Below are positions 16,403 through 30,615 of a stretch of 64,000 nucleotides of DNA, piece by piece. The notes below the pieces were generated by a model, which made no database searches, was not told the origin of the DNA, and saw nothing but the letters and a program-made list of their open reading frames with translations. The position numbers and the translations under genes are program-made. Numbering within the stretch: the stretch's first letter is position 1; each line of letters opens with the position of its first letter. Source of the stretch: the human T2T-CHM13v2.0 reference genome, Homo sapiens; contig CP068257.2 in assembly GCA_009914755.4 (NCBI GenBank), positions 11,328,001 through 11,392,000 on the forward strand, in the 5' to 3' direction.

Positions 16403-16687
16403 GAGACGGAGTCTTGCTGTCTCCAGGCTGCAGTGCAGTGGCGCAACCTTGGCTCATTGCAACCTCTGCCTCCCGAGTTCAAGCGATTCTCTTGTCTCAG
16501 CCTCCTGAGTAGCTAGGATTACAGGCATGCACCACAACGCCAAGCTAATTTTTTTAAATTTTATTTTTTAAGTAGAGATGGGGTTTCACCATGTTGACCA
16601 AAATGGTCTATGTCTCTTGACCTTCTCATCTGCCCACCTTGGCCTCCCAAGGTGCTGGGATTACAGGCGTGAGCCACTGCACCCAGC
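16402..16687 (-). mobile_element. Alu (full length)
   Basis: The element runs from 'tttgagacggagtcttgctgtctccaggctgcagtgcagtggcgcaa' to 'ggattacaggcgtgagccactgcacccagc'. Confidence 0.9.
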
Positions 16688-16840
16688 TGCTAGCTATTAT
16701 TTCTAATCCTTTGCCATGCTCAGGTATAATCTTCCCAAATCCAGAAGTAATTTTATAACTTCAGCTAATTGCAGTGATAAATTATTGAAATATTTTCCTA
16801 AAGAAAATACACAAATGAAACCTTAAAAATACAAGGACTG

Positions 16841-17132
16841 GGCCGGCTTGGTGGCTCGCGCCTGTAATTCCAGTACTTTGGGAGGCCGAGCTGGATGGAT
16901 CACCTGAGGTCAGGATTTCGAGACAAGCCTAGCCAACATGGCGAAACGTCGTCTCTACTAAAAATACAAAAATTAGCTGTGCATGGTGGTGGACGCCTGT
17001 AATCCCAGCTACTCCGGAGGCTGAGCCAGGAAAATCGCTTGAACCTGGAGGCGGAGGTTGAAGTGAGGCTAGTTCTCACTGCTGGACTGCAGCCTGGGGC
17101 AACAGAGCAAAAACTGTCTAAAAAAAAAAAAA
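16841..17132 (+). mobile_element. Alu (full length)
   Basis: The element runs from 'ggccggcttggtggctcgcgcctgtaattccagtactttgggaggccgag' to a poly(A) tail. Confidence 0.9.
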
Positions 17133-17413
17133 GTCTGGGCGCGGTGGCTCATGCCTGTGATCCCAGCACTTTGGGAGGCCAAGGCGGGCAGATCACGAGG
17201 TCAGGAGATGGAGACCATCCTGGCTAACACAGTGAAACCCCGTCTCTACTGAAGATGCAAAAAATTAGCAGGGCATGGTGGCGGATGCCTGTAGTCCCAG
17301 CTACTCAGGAAGCTGAGGCAGGAGAATGGTGTGAACCCAGGAGGCAGAGCTTGCAGTGAGCCGAGATCGCGCCACTTCACTCCAGCCTGGGCGACAGAGG
17401 GAGACTCTGTCTC
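17133..17413 (+). mobile_element. Alu (AluY/S-like) inserted directly into the poly(A) tail of the preceding Alu
   Basis: The element begins 'gtctgggcgcggtggctcatgcctgtgatcccagcactttgggaggccaaggcgggcagatcacgaggtcaggag' and ends '…gcgacagagggagactctgtctc'. Confidence 0.9.
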
Positions 17414-17429
17414 AAAAAAGAAAGAAGGA

Positions 17430-17477
<48 letters not shown>

Positions 17478-17489
17478 AAAGAAAGAAAG
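17414..17489. repeat. (GAAA)n microsatellite (expanded Alu tail)
   Basis: The tract reads aaaaagaaagaaggaaagaaagaaagaaag…. Confidence 0.9.
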
Positions 17490-18942
17490 ATGGATGAAGG
17501 TATAGTAAATTATGAAAAAGAGAGAATAAGCATCTTCAACAAGAAAAATGAAAATAATAAAAACTATACAATTGCAAAACAATAACTCTTGTTAAAATAT
17601 TTTACATGTCATATTGTAAATAAGACACCCTCCGTGTATGCAGAAATGATTACATTAGTATAGGAAACAGCTGTGATTGTAGATATATAAACTAGAGAAA
17701 TGTGAATCAGAAATAAGTTTATCAACTAGAAGAGAGAAGAAATTTTTATTTGAGTAAATCTACTGTCTACAATTTAAAAATACACAATGGTATTTCTTTC
17801 ATTAAATAGCTTTATTTAAATATAAAAATAAAAGCTTATACATAGGCCAGAAGAAATATTGCTAGTTTATAATAAGGTTAATAGGAACTAAAACAGGGTA
17901 ATTAGATAAGACGGTGTGTAAATAATTATGTTATTTTAGTAAAAATATTCAACACTGTACCTTTCAAATAAAAATATACTGTTTTAAAGGTCAACAAAAA
18001 GTTATTGTGCTTCAAATTTTAACATTTATCCTCCAAGTGAAATTACTATAAGAAGAAACAACTAACCTATAAATAAATAATTTACTTTTTGGAAAAGTTA
18101 ACAAACCTCTCTACACACAATATAATTAAGAAAGATAATAAGAAACATATATAATTTCAAGATTTTCAATTTTTTTTACTAAGCCAGAGAAGATAAATGA
18201 GTTAATCATTCATGTCAGTAAGTAAATACAGGATCAAAAAACATACCTAATGGAAGGAAATTAATAACAGAAAAGTAAAAATTATAATCTAGAAAATGAA
18301 AGATATAAATCGATTCATAAATGGATAAGACTTTTAAGACTTTTTTTGAAGAAATCATTTCAAACTAGAATAAGCAAGAGGAATAGATCAAAACAAAAAG
18401 GAAAACAGTGAAGGTGATATACACATCCTCTTACTGAAAATTAATTTTAAAGAACTTTAAATTAATTTTAAAGAATTAATTTTAAACACTAAAACTCAGA
18501 GTCATCAATGTGTCTGGATACGGATTCATTTTTATTTCTTCTGCTCAGCACTTGTTTTATACTTTAAATTAGAGTCCTCAAGTCTTTCCTCTGCAATGGA
18601 AATTTTATGGCATCATGTAAAGTATACAAATAGTGAAGGCATTGCCAGTGTTTTCTTCTGTATAAGTATTCTCTACCATTAGAATGGAAACGTCATCAAA
18701 GTGGGCCCTTAGTGAGAGTTTGCTGAGTGGATGAATACTGTCCTTAAATATGGCTTCTCCATTCTCTTTGGACTCCTTTTGAAACTCCTATCATACATGT
18801 GTTGGGGACTTTCTTGACTGGTCTTTCTGACTTTTAAATCCTTTTATCTGGATAAATTCATCATTATCTCCCAATTGACTAATTCTTTGTGTTTATTGCA
18901 TTTACACTTCTTTTTTATATAATTTTCATTTCTAGAGCTTTT

Positions 18943-19260
18943 ATTTTTTTTTCCTTTTTTGAGATGGAGTCGTGCTCTGTCACCCAGGCTGAAGTGCAGT
19001 GGCATGATCTCGGTTCACTGCAACCTCCTACTCCTGGGTTGAAGTGACTCTCCTCCTGCCTCAGCCTCCTCTCCTGCTTCAACCTCCTGAGTGGCTGGAA
19101 TTACAGGCATGCGCCACCACACTCGGCTAATTTTTGAATTTTTAGTAGAGACGGGGTTTCATTATGTTGGTCAGCCTGGTCTAGAACTCCTGATATCATG
19201 ATCCACCCGCCTCAGCCTACCAAAGTGCTGGGATTACAGGTGTGAGCCTCCATGCCTGGC
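18943..19260 (-). mobile_element. Alu
   Basis: The element starts with poly-T plus 'gagatggagtcgtgctctgtcacccaggctgaagtgcagtggcatgatc' and ends 'ggattacaggtgtgagcctccatgcctggc'. Confidence 0.9.
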
Positions 19261-19309
19261 TGCTTTTAATTTTTTATATCAATCTTTACTTTGTTCTTTT
19301 TTGCCTGCT

Positions 19310-19901
<592 letters not shown>

Positions 19902-19950
19902 CGTCTGTTTTTATTTTTAAGTCTTCTATTCTTTTTGATGAATTTTATTC

Positions 19951-20245
19951 TTTTTTTTTTTTTTTGGCAGAGGCTCACTCTGTTGCCCAGGTTGGAATAC
20001 AGTGATGCCATCTTGGCTCACTACAAAGTCCGCCTCCTGGGGTCAAGCAATTCTTCTGCCTCAGCTTCTTGAGTAGCTGGGATTACACGCACCCACCACC
20101 GTGCCCTGCTAATTTTTGAATTTTTAGTCGAGATGGGGTTTCACGGTGTTTGCCAGGCTGGTCTTGAACTCCCGACCTCAGATGATTTACCCATCTCAGC
20201 CTCCCAAGGTGCTGGGATTACAAGCGTGAGCCACCATGCCTGGCC
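19951..20245 (-). mobile_element. Alu
   Basis: The element starts with poly-T plus 'ggcagaggctcactctgttgcccaggttggaatacagtgatgccatc' and ends 'ggattacaagcgtgagccaccatgcctggcc'. Confidence 0.9.
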
Positions 20246-21654
20246 CTGGATGTTTTCTTCTTAAAAAGCCAGTTGAGATTTCTAAGTGTACTCACTTAAA
20301 AGGAAAATTTAGTTTGCTATAATATTTCTCATATTTGCTGTGGTGAATTCATCTCTAGGAGGTTTCTTTGTATAATTATTTCATTATCTGTCTAATAGTT
20401 AATTCTCCACATGTTTTGTAATATTTTTGCACACTCACCTTGAATGAAAAGTTCTCTACATGTCATAGTCATATAACAAACAGAATTCACCCTCCTTCAC
20501 CACAAATCACACTTCTGTATATTCAATAAAATGTGCATTTCTTCATGGATACTCTTTGAATCATCTAAATGGAGACTCTTTATAGAAATATTGAATCATT
20601 AATTCTTCCAACTATTGTACTCCTTTCCAACATACTGTCTTACTGATTTTTCACTTTTTCCTATTTATATCCATTTTGTTCTACTAATCCGTCTGTCATT
20701 GGCCTTCTTCTATAGCCAACCTCAAATTTCAATTCACACTAGCTGTGAACAGCACTCAAATTGCTGCTGTATTCTTAAAATATAAATTTACTTCATAAAG
20801 CAAAAGTGAATTATATGCATGTTACAAAAAATATTCCTAGCAGAGATAAGATGGGGTGGTATTTGCTGGGATGTGCAACATCGTTTTTTCCAAATTAATT
20901 TCTCTCAGAATTCTCTCCTCCCTACTGCCAGGCAGAGCTCACCACTCACATGTCATGAATGACATTTTTAGTCATTTTTCATCTTATCTGATCATATGAC
21001 TTGAATTAATGTTTAGATCTGCTAAGGGCAAACACCACCATGGAATTAAATTTGCAAGAGGGAAGAAGGAGGAAGCAGGAGAAGGTGGATAGAGTCTTCA
21101 GACTAGGGTGCAGATCTTACATCTGTAGAGGGAAAGAGGGAAGGAAGGCTGATTGGGGTAGAAAGAGACTGCAGCATGGTTCCAAGAATGCTTTGGCCTA
21201 GGTCACTGCGGACTCCTTAAATTAAAGTTACTCATTGGAGACTGTCACAACTCACTGGAAACGTCCTCACATACAATCCCCATGTAGCTCTATGACTGTT
21301 GGAAACATGACTGCTGCACAAGTGTAGAAGTGCTTCCAGAGACAGAGGGCTAAAGCCAGGCTGTCGTTGACTTATGCTGTCTGATTCAGGATATCTGCAT
21401 TGCAAACTTCCTTGGTCATTAAAATCCATTACCCCCACCTCCTAACCCCACCACAGCACACACATATTTGTCCAAACAGGTTCTTCATACCAGCTCTTCC
21501 AAAATTCCCATGATCCTCTCTTTTCCAAGGGGAATCTTAGAAAAGGAAGGTTAATGAGACCAACTCTAGCCCATGCTATAGCAGTTGGTCTCAGAACTGC
21601 CTTTGAATGCCCAGTTGTGTGAGGGGGAGAGAAAGAGAGAGAGAGTATGGGAGT

Positions 21655-21712
21655 GGGGAGTGTGTGTGTGTGTGAGTGTGTGTGTGTGTGTGTCTGAGAG
21701 AGAGAAAGAGAG
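21655..21712. repeat. (GT)n / (GA)n compound microsatellite
   Basis: The tract reads gagtgtgtgtgtgtgtgagtgtgtgtgtgtgtgtgtctgagagagagaaagagagaaa. Confidence 0.85.
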
Positions 21713-22149
21713 AAATTATCTCTGCTTCTTTTGTAGAAAAGTAGCCCTACCTCCTCCTGCTAATCAGGGTGTATTCATCCTGCCCCAGTGGTGACGTATT
21801 TCTTGTCTTTTGGTTACTGGACCTAAGGAATCTAAAGCACCCAACAGATAACATTCTTTAGAGAGCAGGACTTGCTTGCCTTCCAGATCCCAGAGCTGCA
21901 GTGATGAGAAGCACAGGAAAACCTGAGAAGATTATTGGGAGCATTTGTAATTAGGGACATTCCTGTTTCTACCTCTGGTTTTCTGAACCTGTAGATTCTT
22001 CCTATGGAAGAAGAACTACTATATAAAGATCTGTGATAGAATATATATAAAAGATGGTGCCCCCTGCATTCAGAATGTCTCCTTTAGCATAGTGTCTCAG
22101 TTGCATCTTTAGAATGTTTCTCCAGGGCTCCATGAGTCTAGCTGCTTCT

Positions 22150-23400
22150 TGAAGAGTGTATGTAATACAAATAGTAGATTACATGGTCATGGACCCACTT
22201 CTGCCCATCCTTTGCTGTGAACAAGGAACCCTGGTCAGATGCTATACCATGTGGGATTTTATGCCTGTGGATCAGGAATTCTGGAAGCCTCAGAAAAGTG
22301 GTCCTGGCTCAGGCTCTGTGAACAGAAGTGCCAAACCCAGCCCTGGAATAAGGATATATCCCTCTGAGGATGAAAAGGTGGTCATTCAAGGTCAAAAGAC
22401 TTGCCATATAAGAGTCTCATTATTGATTTATGCTGTTGAAAAGTAGGACAGTCAGAGGCAGCAGTAGTTAGATAAACCTTGATACATAGAAGTCCAGGCT
22501 GTGGGGCCCATATGTATCGTCCATCTCTGCCAACATGGTCATATGAGTGACTGCATATGTATGACTGTTGTGCTTGTTGTGGGAAAGCCAATCTCCAAGG
22601 CTGGCAGCTTGTCAAGTCATTTTGTCTGATTGGTTATTGAGTGCCTCTTCTGTGGTGAGTGCTTTCTTGTGAGTGTTAACGTGCAATACAAGATTCTTTA
22701 CACTCCGTGCCTGCTCCTGCATGTCCACTCATATGCTTCTAACCCAGCTTCCTTGTCTCAGATATTTCAGTTCTTTTCTATCTAAGCCTCTGATCAGATG
22801 ATTCACCCACTGACTACGGCAAAGAAATCTGTTTATATTCCTGCCTTAGGCCATGTTTCTTCTATGTAAAGTAGATGGCCAGGGCCACTGCTCCCAGTGC
22901 TGCTAATAGGGAATATTTTAATTTCCTTCTGTCCTTCAGAGTCATTCTTGCATTGGGCTGCAATGCAACTACACCTTTAAACAGAGATTGCCCCTTTCTC
23001 CCTCCTTCAGATGGCCACAGGGACACAAATGCAGTCACAGGTGTGAGCTGAAGGAAGGTTGCTGGTGCAAACATGGTGGGTGACATGAGGATCTGGGTTA
23101 CCTGCTATTCAACTTATCCACTTGCTCTCATCTTGCTTGGCCTTTGTCTCATATTTACTCTTTCCACCTCATGATGAACTACTTCTTTTCCCTTCTGGTG
23201 TCATGACTTGGTGGTTCCAATAGAACTCAGCCTGCAAGAGGTAGTGCCAGAAGCATGGTAACTTATCAAGCACAGCATCTCTCCTAGGTCCAACATATAA
23301 TTCTCTGCTATGGAAGGCATGGCTTTGTTTCAGAATCCCAGGAACTGGTGTTGTAATTCTTTCACTGAGAATTGCCATGTGTGCCACACTGTGACCACCA
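22150..23400 (-). mobile_element. Degenerate endogenous-retrovirus pol remnant (RNase H-like then integrase N-terminal HHCC finger and catalytic-core fragment), no LTRs recognised
   Basis: The minus-strand ORF 22382..22615 encodes …HSYDH(x29)CPTFQQHK…, an HxxxH…CxxCQxxK integrase zinc-finger pattern with the second Cys mutated. Downstream in the same direction the sequence reads 'IPHGIASDQGSLFTAKDGQKW', matching the integrase core motif 'I.SDNG..F......W'. The upstream minus ORF 22862..23086 ends '…KYSLLAALGAVALAIYFT', resembling the RNase H motif 'SAQ.AEL.AL..AL…IYTDS'. The order RNase H then IN is correct for pol on the minus strand. Confidence 0.4.
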
Positions 23401-23732
23401 TTGACACCTGCAAGAATACAGGTCCTGCAAGATCATATGACCCAAGCTGCAGGGCTGTTCACAATGGAACCTGGACATGCTGTGGAGCCCTGTCCTGCCC
23501 TGCACTCTTCAAACCCTGTGGTCTTCCTATCTCCCTGACTTGTCTTGTGGCTTACTTGTGTTATGTTGCTTAGGGTTTCTTGAGTTTCATGAGTTTGTAT
23601 TTTTATAACTGTATAGATATAGATGGATATATATAGATATGGTCAAAGAGGAAGAGTAAGAGAGAAGAAAAAGAATTTTACAAAAGACTTTACTGGACAT
23701 GTAGAAAAAAATATCAAACTCCACCTCTATTT

Positions 23733-24007
23733 CCAGCACTTTGGAAGGCCACGGTGGGTGAATCAGAAGGTCAGGAGATCGAGACAATCCTGGCTAACAC
23801 GGTGAAACCCCGTCTCTACTAAAAATATACAAAAAAAATTAGCCAGGCGTGGTGGTGGGAGCCTGTAGTCCCAGCTACTCAGGAGGCTGAGGCAGGAGAA
23901 TGGCGTGAACCCAGGAGTCAGAGCTTGCAGTGAGCCGAGATCTTGCCACTGCACTCCAGCCTGGGTGATAGAGCGAGAATCTATCTCCAAAAAAAAAAAA
24001 AAAAAAT
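23733..24007 (+). mobile_element. Alu (5'-truncated by a few bp) with poly(A)
   Basis: The element runs from 'ccagcactttggaaggccacggtgggtgaatcagaaggtcaggagatcgagac' to 'ccagcctgggtgatagagcgagaatctatctcc' plus poly(A). Confidence 0.9.
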
Positions 24008-26996
24008 CAAACTCCATAGTGAGAAGTCAAACAACACAATAACAAAATGGGCAAGAGATTTGAGTAGACGACAATAACCAAAGATATATTAATGATTGAT
24101 AAACACTGAAAAGTGCATCATTAACCACCTGGGAATGGAATTTAAAAATCAAAATGCAATAATACTGCACAGAAACTATAATGGATCCAAAAAAATGTCA
24201 ATTCTGAATGTTTGAGAGGACATGCAACACCCTGAATTATCATATTTAGGTGGGAGTATAAAGTGGATAATCAGTTTGGATTGCAGTTTGGCAGTTAAAC
24301 ATACACTTACAATTTGACCTAGAATATTCCATTCTTACTTACTGAAGAGAAATGAAAACATGTGCATACAAATGAACATAGCAGCTTTACTTGTAATAAT
24401 CAAGGAATAGAAACATTTGTAAATGGTTCACCAACAGGCTAAAGGATAAACATATTGTAGTATTTCCATACAATAGAAAAAAATAGAAAGAACCACTGAT
24501 TTTGCAACATAGGTGATCCTAAAATATATTGAGAGAATGAACCAACAGTAGGCATATTATAAAAGTTTATTACTACAAAATTCTAGAAACTGAATTTATA
24601 GTGGTAGGTTGCAGATCAATGGCTGCTTGGAGCCAGAGGTTTTGGTAAGGAATACAAAAGAACTTTTGAGGTGATAGACAGCTTCAATATCTTCATCGGT
24701 GGTAGCCACATAACTTTATATGTTTGTACTTAATTTGGATGCATTTTATTGTATTGAAAGTAAACCTCAGTTAAGTTGACTTTTATAATTTATTAGATTC
24801 TAAAACATTAATTTGCTTCCATCCATTATATTTGTTCACAAATCCTACAATAGTATGTTTTGGAAGACCTGTAATAGACACAGTAACTGGCATATTCATA
24901 AAGGAAATTTCCTTATGTAGGATAGTTTTTAGGGGAAATGCCTGAAACAAAAAAATCTGCATCTGCTTATCATAATTCGCTGCATAAAAGATCTAAATGT
25001 GTAACTGGCAATCAGCTTTAGCTTTGATTATCTTTCATAGCAGCATGGATCAATTTTGTTTACCCAGTTGGCTATTTCTCCATGCTAAACTCATATTGCA
25101 TACATGCCTCTGAAATTCCAGTCATGTATAGTCTATAATGTATACCTATATTACACAATTTGTATACTTTTCCACTTTAAAGGGGGGATTTATACCTGCA
25201 AAGGGACTTGACCTACAACTATCATCCAATTCTGTTCCAAATTTTGGATACTATGACTCTATCCTGGAAATGATTCAGTAGTTTTGTTTCATTTGACTCT
25301 TCCTACAGACATAATGTGTTGAAGTAAACCTGTTTTTTATGTTTGGAAAGTAGCCTTTGGATGGGTGTTTTCTAGCTTTTGGAAAACATGTACTTGAAGC
25401 AGAAGTAACTAGTTGTTGAGGGAATAGAACCACAGCATTTCTGACCTAGGCAAATTGAAACCTTGTCATCCTTGATGACAAACATGACATGACACATGAT
25501 TGCCTTTTTCAGGGAGTTCTTATGTAAAATATTTTATCCCCAACTAGTTGGTATCATTCAAATCAAATTTTATAATTTTACTCTGTATTAGGATGCAGTT
25601 TTATAATGTCCAAAGCATCTTTACGCATATTTTTTCTCAAATAAATCCTACAGCAACTGTGTGACATGCTCAAAGGTGAGAATATTATCCCCATTTTACA
25701 ACTGAGCAAGCAGACTTCAAGATTTGTTAACTTTTTAGAGCTGAAGTTTAGTCCACTATTTTATGTTATCAACCTTTGATTTGCTCTGCTATACCCACCA
25801 ATTTAGAAAAGAATTTACCCAAGATTGTAACATGTAATACAATTAATTTATTTTTTTTTCTCTCCACTTGAAAACAGAAACAGTGGTGATTATGGAGTAT
25901 CTACTGATTATTTTGCTGGGACAAGTTGATGTCACTAAATTTATAAATTGAACTGAACTGATAACCTCAGTTACTTTGCCAAAATTCCTTCTTTTAATAT
26001 TACATAAACTGTAGAATGCAGAAGAGGTACTTTTAATTTCTAATTATTTAAGTAGAGAAAGACTCAACACTTCCTTTTAGGCTCACACATAAAATTTCTG
26101 GTTGATACATCACCAGCGATTGTGTTTCAGCATGTATGTAAATGCAGCTTTCTGAATAGGCAAACTTACAGGAATTATGGAATATCATTGTATTTACATA
26201 CAGCAGTATCTCAGACATCACTCCAAAAACTAAAGGGCAATGAGGAAATATTTCCAAAAGCCATATTACAGTGCTTTGGGGGAGGTGAAAGAGAGAATGC
26301 TGCAATATGTTTTCTTGTTTGACTGACTCAAGCTACATTCTAGGAGATATTTTAAAAAGTGAATAAAATCTCTGTGTCATAGTCAAAAGATGTAAGGCAA
26401 ACCACAATTATCCAAGGAAATCTGAAATGAATATTACTAAATACAACCTTCTGGATTTGGTTTTACTTACCATGTTGACTATGTCTGCTTATGGTTTTCT
26501 TACTTATGCCTACCTACACCATCTTTTAATTAAATGTGCCGATAAAATTTCTAAGTGCAGAATTTCCTTTGCTTGACACAAACACTTTGTTCTACTGTGA
26601 ATCAACTGCTGGGGCTTTCTATTGTATGGATTTCTACAAAAGGATGTGCTGTAACTCAAGTATAAGCAGATGGTTCTTTCATTGTTGTAAATCAAATTGG
26701 TATAACCTGTGACTGGGTTCGATGTGGCCCCAGTTTCCTGAGGCCTGTGAAAATTGCTAGGTAGCTCATTTTCATTTTTTCTTATCACCTTAACTGGAGT
26801 TGGAGGCCCTTGCAAGTCCAGGACAATGACGTCTTAGGCAACCTCAGTTGTCTAGTGTGACTTAATAAGCCTGATGTATGTAGTAGAACCAATCTTTTCT
26901 TTTATATATAATGCCATTTTAAGTGATGTGAACCTTATTCTCTAGGTTACAGGTATTGGATTACTTTAGTTCTTTATTATAATAAGCAAGGTGTTA

Positions 26997-27296
26997 ATTT
27001 TTTGTTGTTGTTGTTGTTTGAGACAGAGGCTCGCTCTGTCGCCCAGGCTGGAGTGCAGTGGCGTGATCTTGGCTCACTACAAGCTCCACCACCCGGGTTC
27101 ACGCCATTCTCCTGCCTCAACCTCCTGAGTAGCTGGGATTACAGGCACCTGCCACCATGCCCGGCTAATTTTTTGTATTTTCAGTGGAGACAGGGTTTCA
27201 CCCTGTTACCCAGGATGATCTAGATCTCCTGATCTCATGATCCGCCCGCCTCAGCCTCCCAAAGTGCTGGGATTATAGGCGTGAGCCACCGCGCCC
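26997..27296 (-). mobile_element. Alu
   Basis: The element runs from 'tttgttgttgttgttgtttgagacagaggctcgctctgtcgcccaggctggagtgcagtggcgtgatc' to 'gattataggcgtgagccaccgcgccc'. Confidence 0.9.
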
Positions 27297-27688
27297 TACC
27301 CGCTAATTTGATTTTTTAACTCCTAAATTCTACCACTTTCCTTACTCGCTTTCTAATGAAAATTGATGGAGAAAATAAACTGAAAATATCACAATTCTAA
27401 ACATTCCACTATTTTGAGATTCTAAAATTATTGGCTTTTGATGTTCACTGATTCATGTCGGATTTTTAGTAGCATAATCAAACCTTTTTTTGGCAATGGT
27501 ATAGAGTGCAAAATGCAAAGCCATTTGCCATGGTGTAGATGCTCACAGTATGCCCCTGCATCTAAAGAGATACTATTCTCCAACATAAATCAGACATATA
27601 GAAAATACTTACAGCACAGAAAATATGAACTATGGCATAGAAATACATTAAATTAGCTAAATGACATCCCTAATAAAAATCTGAATCT

Positions 27689-27975
<287 letters not shown>

Positions 27976-28130
27976 GAATCTACTCTAAAACTGGGAATTT
28001 TATGTTTAAGTAGATTCACTTAATTTTTTCCTATAATCTCCTGAGACAAGTAAATGTTTTCAACAGTTGCGCTTAACAAACTGAAGAACTGGAAGGAGAA
28101 ACAACATTATTAATAATTACTTCCAGAGTG

Positions 28131-28552
28131 GGGTGTGGCTCACATCTGTAATCCCAGCACTTTGGGAGGCCGAGGTGGGCTCATCACGAGGTTAAGAGAT
28201 CGAGACCATCCTGGCTAACACGGTGAAAACCTGCCTCTACTAAAAATACAAAAAATTAGCCGGGAATGGTGGCGGGCGCCTGTGGTCCCAGCTACTTGGG
28301 AGCCTGAGGCAAGAGAATCGCTTGAGGAAGGCTGGCCAACATGGCTAAACCCCATCTCTACTAAAACTACAAAAATTAGCTGGGCTTGTTGGCGCATGTC
28401 TGTAATCCTAGCTACTCCCCGAGGCTGAGACAAGAGAATCGCTTGATCCCGGGAGGCGGAAGTTACAGCAAGCCGAGATCACGCCACTCCACTCCAGCCT
28501 GCTCTACAGAACAAAACTCTGTCTCTCAAAAAACAAAAAAAAAAAACAAAAA
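28131..28552 (+). mobile_element. Alu with an internal partial duplication (~420 bp total)
   Basis: The sequence 'gggtgtggctcacatctgtaatcccagcactttgggaggccgagg' is followed by two successive copies of the 'ctactaaaa(a/c)tacaaaaattagc(c/t)ggg…' middle/right region, then 'gagatcacgccactccactccagcc' and an A-rich tail. Confidence 0.85.
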
Positions 28553-29584
28553 CTTCCTACGATGCATGATTAAATTACAAAGTTTTCTATTCTTTTCTTT
28601 TAAAAATAAATATCTTAGCTGCCTGTTTTCATTCTGGCCATCAAAATTGCCTAAATTCTTTGTGGGCAATATCATCAACCCTTGAGGGAAATTCAAGATA
28701 TTCCTAACACAGAAATATTCTTAGCTGAAAAGAGTATGGGATGACAATTTTCAACCTGGCATATATAAAAAGAAGAAAAATGTTGGGTAAATGAACAGCA
28801 AAAGAAAGATGACATTCATATGTCCTATGCAATTCTGAATACTTATTTTATGTAGGTGAATATTTTAATGAAAGACATTTATTGATTCAAAATATTTTTT
28901 AACTTAACGAACTTTGGCAAAACAATGCCCTTCAGTCAGTGACTATATTATCAAGTTTCACCTACCTCTGATCAAGGAAACAAAAATAATAGTAATTCCA
29001 TACTCAGTATGTGTGAGAAAATAAGATGTGTTTAGTTCTAATTATTTTGAGTTATGCCACATAACACATAACAGTATACATTTATTTTGAGTTCATATGT
29101 AGAATTAGACTACTTTTTTAATTTTGGGAACATGGAGAACAATATTATAGGATTATATTAGTAAGGCTGTGGTAAATACTAACATTAAGCTCTCCTTATG
29201 TGACACACACAGTTCCTTCACCAAAATGGGCAAAATTTTAGCTGAAGACTTATAATGAAGCCTAGACATTCATGAAGAAATTAAACAACTTGACCATTAT
29301 TAGAAGATAGTAAATACACGCATGTTCAATACCAGCCTCTTTTTTTCTCACTTTATGTTTTTTGAATGCCATTAGATTTACATATCCTGCTAACATAACA
29401 TAAAAACAAACCTTAAGTTTCAAGAAATTAACAATTCTAGTTACATACTATTTACATGTTTTTCTTATTAACTATTAGTTATTTCAAAACTTACCTTTTA
29501 TGTTTTGAGATAAAAAATATCTAATAGAAAGGTAGTTTTTTGAGAAGAATGCCTTTTTTATTATTTTTATTTTTATTTCTTTAT

Positions 29585-29866
29585 TTTTTTTTTGAGACAA
29601 CATCTTGCTCTGTCACCCAGGCTGGAGTGCATTGGCGTGATGTTGACTCACTGCAAACTCTGCCTCCCAGGTTCAGGTGATTCTCCTGCTTCATCCTCCT
29701 GAGCAGGTGGGATTAGAGTAGCATGCCACCACACCTGGCTAATTTTTGTATTTTTAGTAAACATGGAGTTTTACCATGTTGGCTAGGCTGGTCTTGAACT
29801 CCTGACCTCAAGTGATCCATCCTCCTCAGCCTCCTAAAGTACTGGGATTACAGGCATGAGCTACCT
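29585..29866 (-). mobile_element. Alu
   Basis: The element starts with poly-T plus 'gagacaacatcttgctctgtcacccaggctggagtgcattggcgtgatg' and ends 'gattacaggcatgagctacc'. Confidence 0.9.
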
Positions 29867-30615
29867 CTTTTTAAATTATTTTTAAAGGATACTTTAGTTT
29901 TCCTAGTAATCCATGTGAATGTATTCTCTATGAACTATAGTGTGTGTGTTTACTTTTTATATATAGAATACTACTGAGGAGCAAGCTGTTTCTGTAAATG
30001 AAATGGGACTGAACCTCTACCGTGGTTGTGTTCTACATGTTACAGAGACCTGGACAGAGACAGTATGATTATCTCATGAACATCACATAATCTCCTGTCA
30101 CAGTCCCAAGATAAAACATTTCCTTAAAATCAAGACTTGCTTTAATAAGCACCACATTTATTACAATAATACCTTCCCACTATAATCAATATGGATATAA
30201 ACAGCCTTTGTTCTATTTTTCTCATACTTGGAAGACTTTTGCTTTCATTCCATGAAAATCTTGTATTTCTCCTCAATTATTCTAATTAGAAAAATAGTGC
30301 TGGGGGAGAAAAAATAAAACAGCACAGAAAGGAAAGGGGCTCCTGCAATGCACTGTTTAGACAGATAAGGTAGCCTGGCCAGGAGATGGTCAGGTAGGGA
30401 CTGCCTTCTTCTCTCTGGTGGTGAGAATTGAGAATTGCTGAGAGGTGTGCAAGTGGAGCTGATTGAGCCTGAGCACAGTCCAGCTTTCTTCCATGTTCTC
30501 TACATAAAATAATCAATAATCTTCAGCATTAAGACCTCATGATCTCATGTTTTGAGAAGGAGAGTTGAGAAACACCTACTAGTCTTGTGATAGGTTGAGT
30601 ACTTTAAAGAGTTTT

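Noticed and set aside
17600-18900. AT-rich 1.3-kb interval with small local repeats (for example 'attaattttaaagaa' x3 at 18,430-18,490), considered as a satellite or transposon
   Set aside because: No consistent periodicity or recognisable consensus was found. It is probably a decayed old L1 or unique AT-rich DNA and cannot be classified by eye.
23300-23580. Cysteine-rich plus-strand ORF 23310..23573 (…CCNSFTENCHVCHTVTTIDTCKNTG…CCGALSCPALFKPCG…), considered as a small secreted or metal-binding peptide gene
   Set aside because: It lies antisense within the degenerate ERV pol remnant, has no splice or promoter context, and its Cys-richness is not periodic. It is most likely chance.
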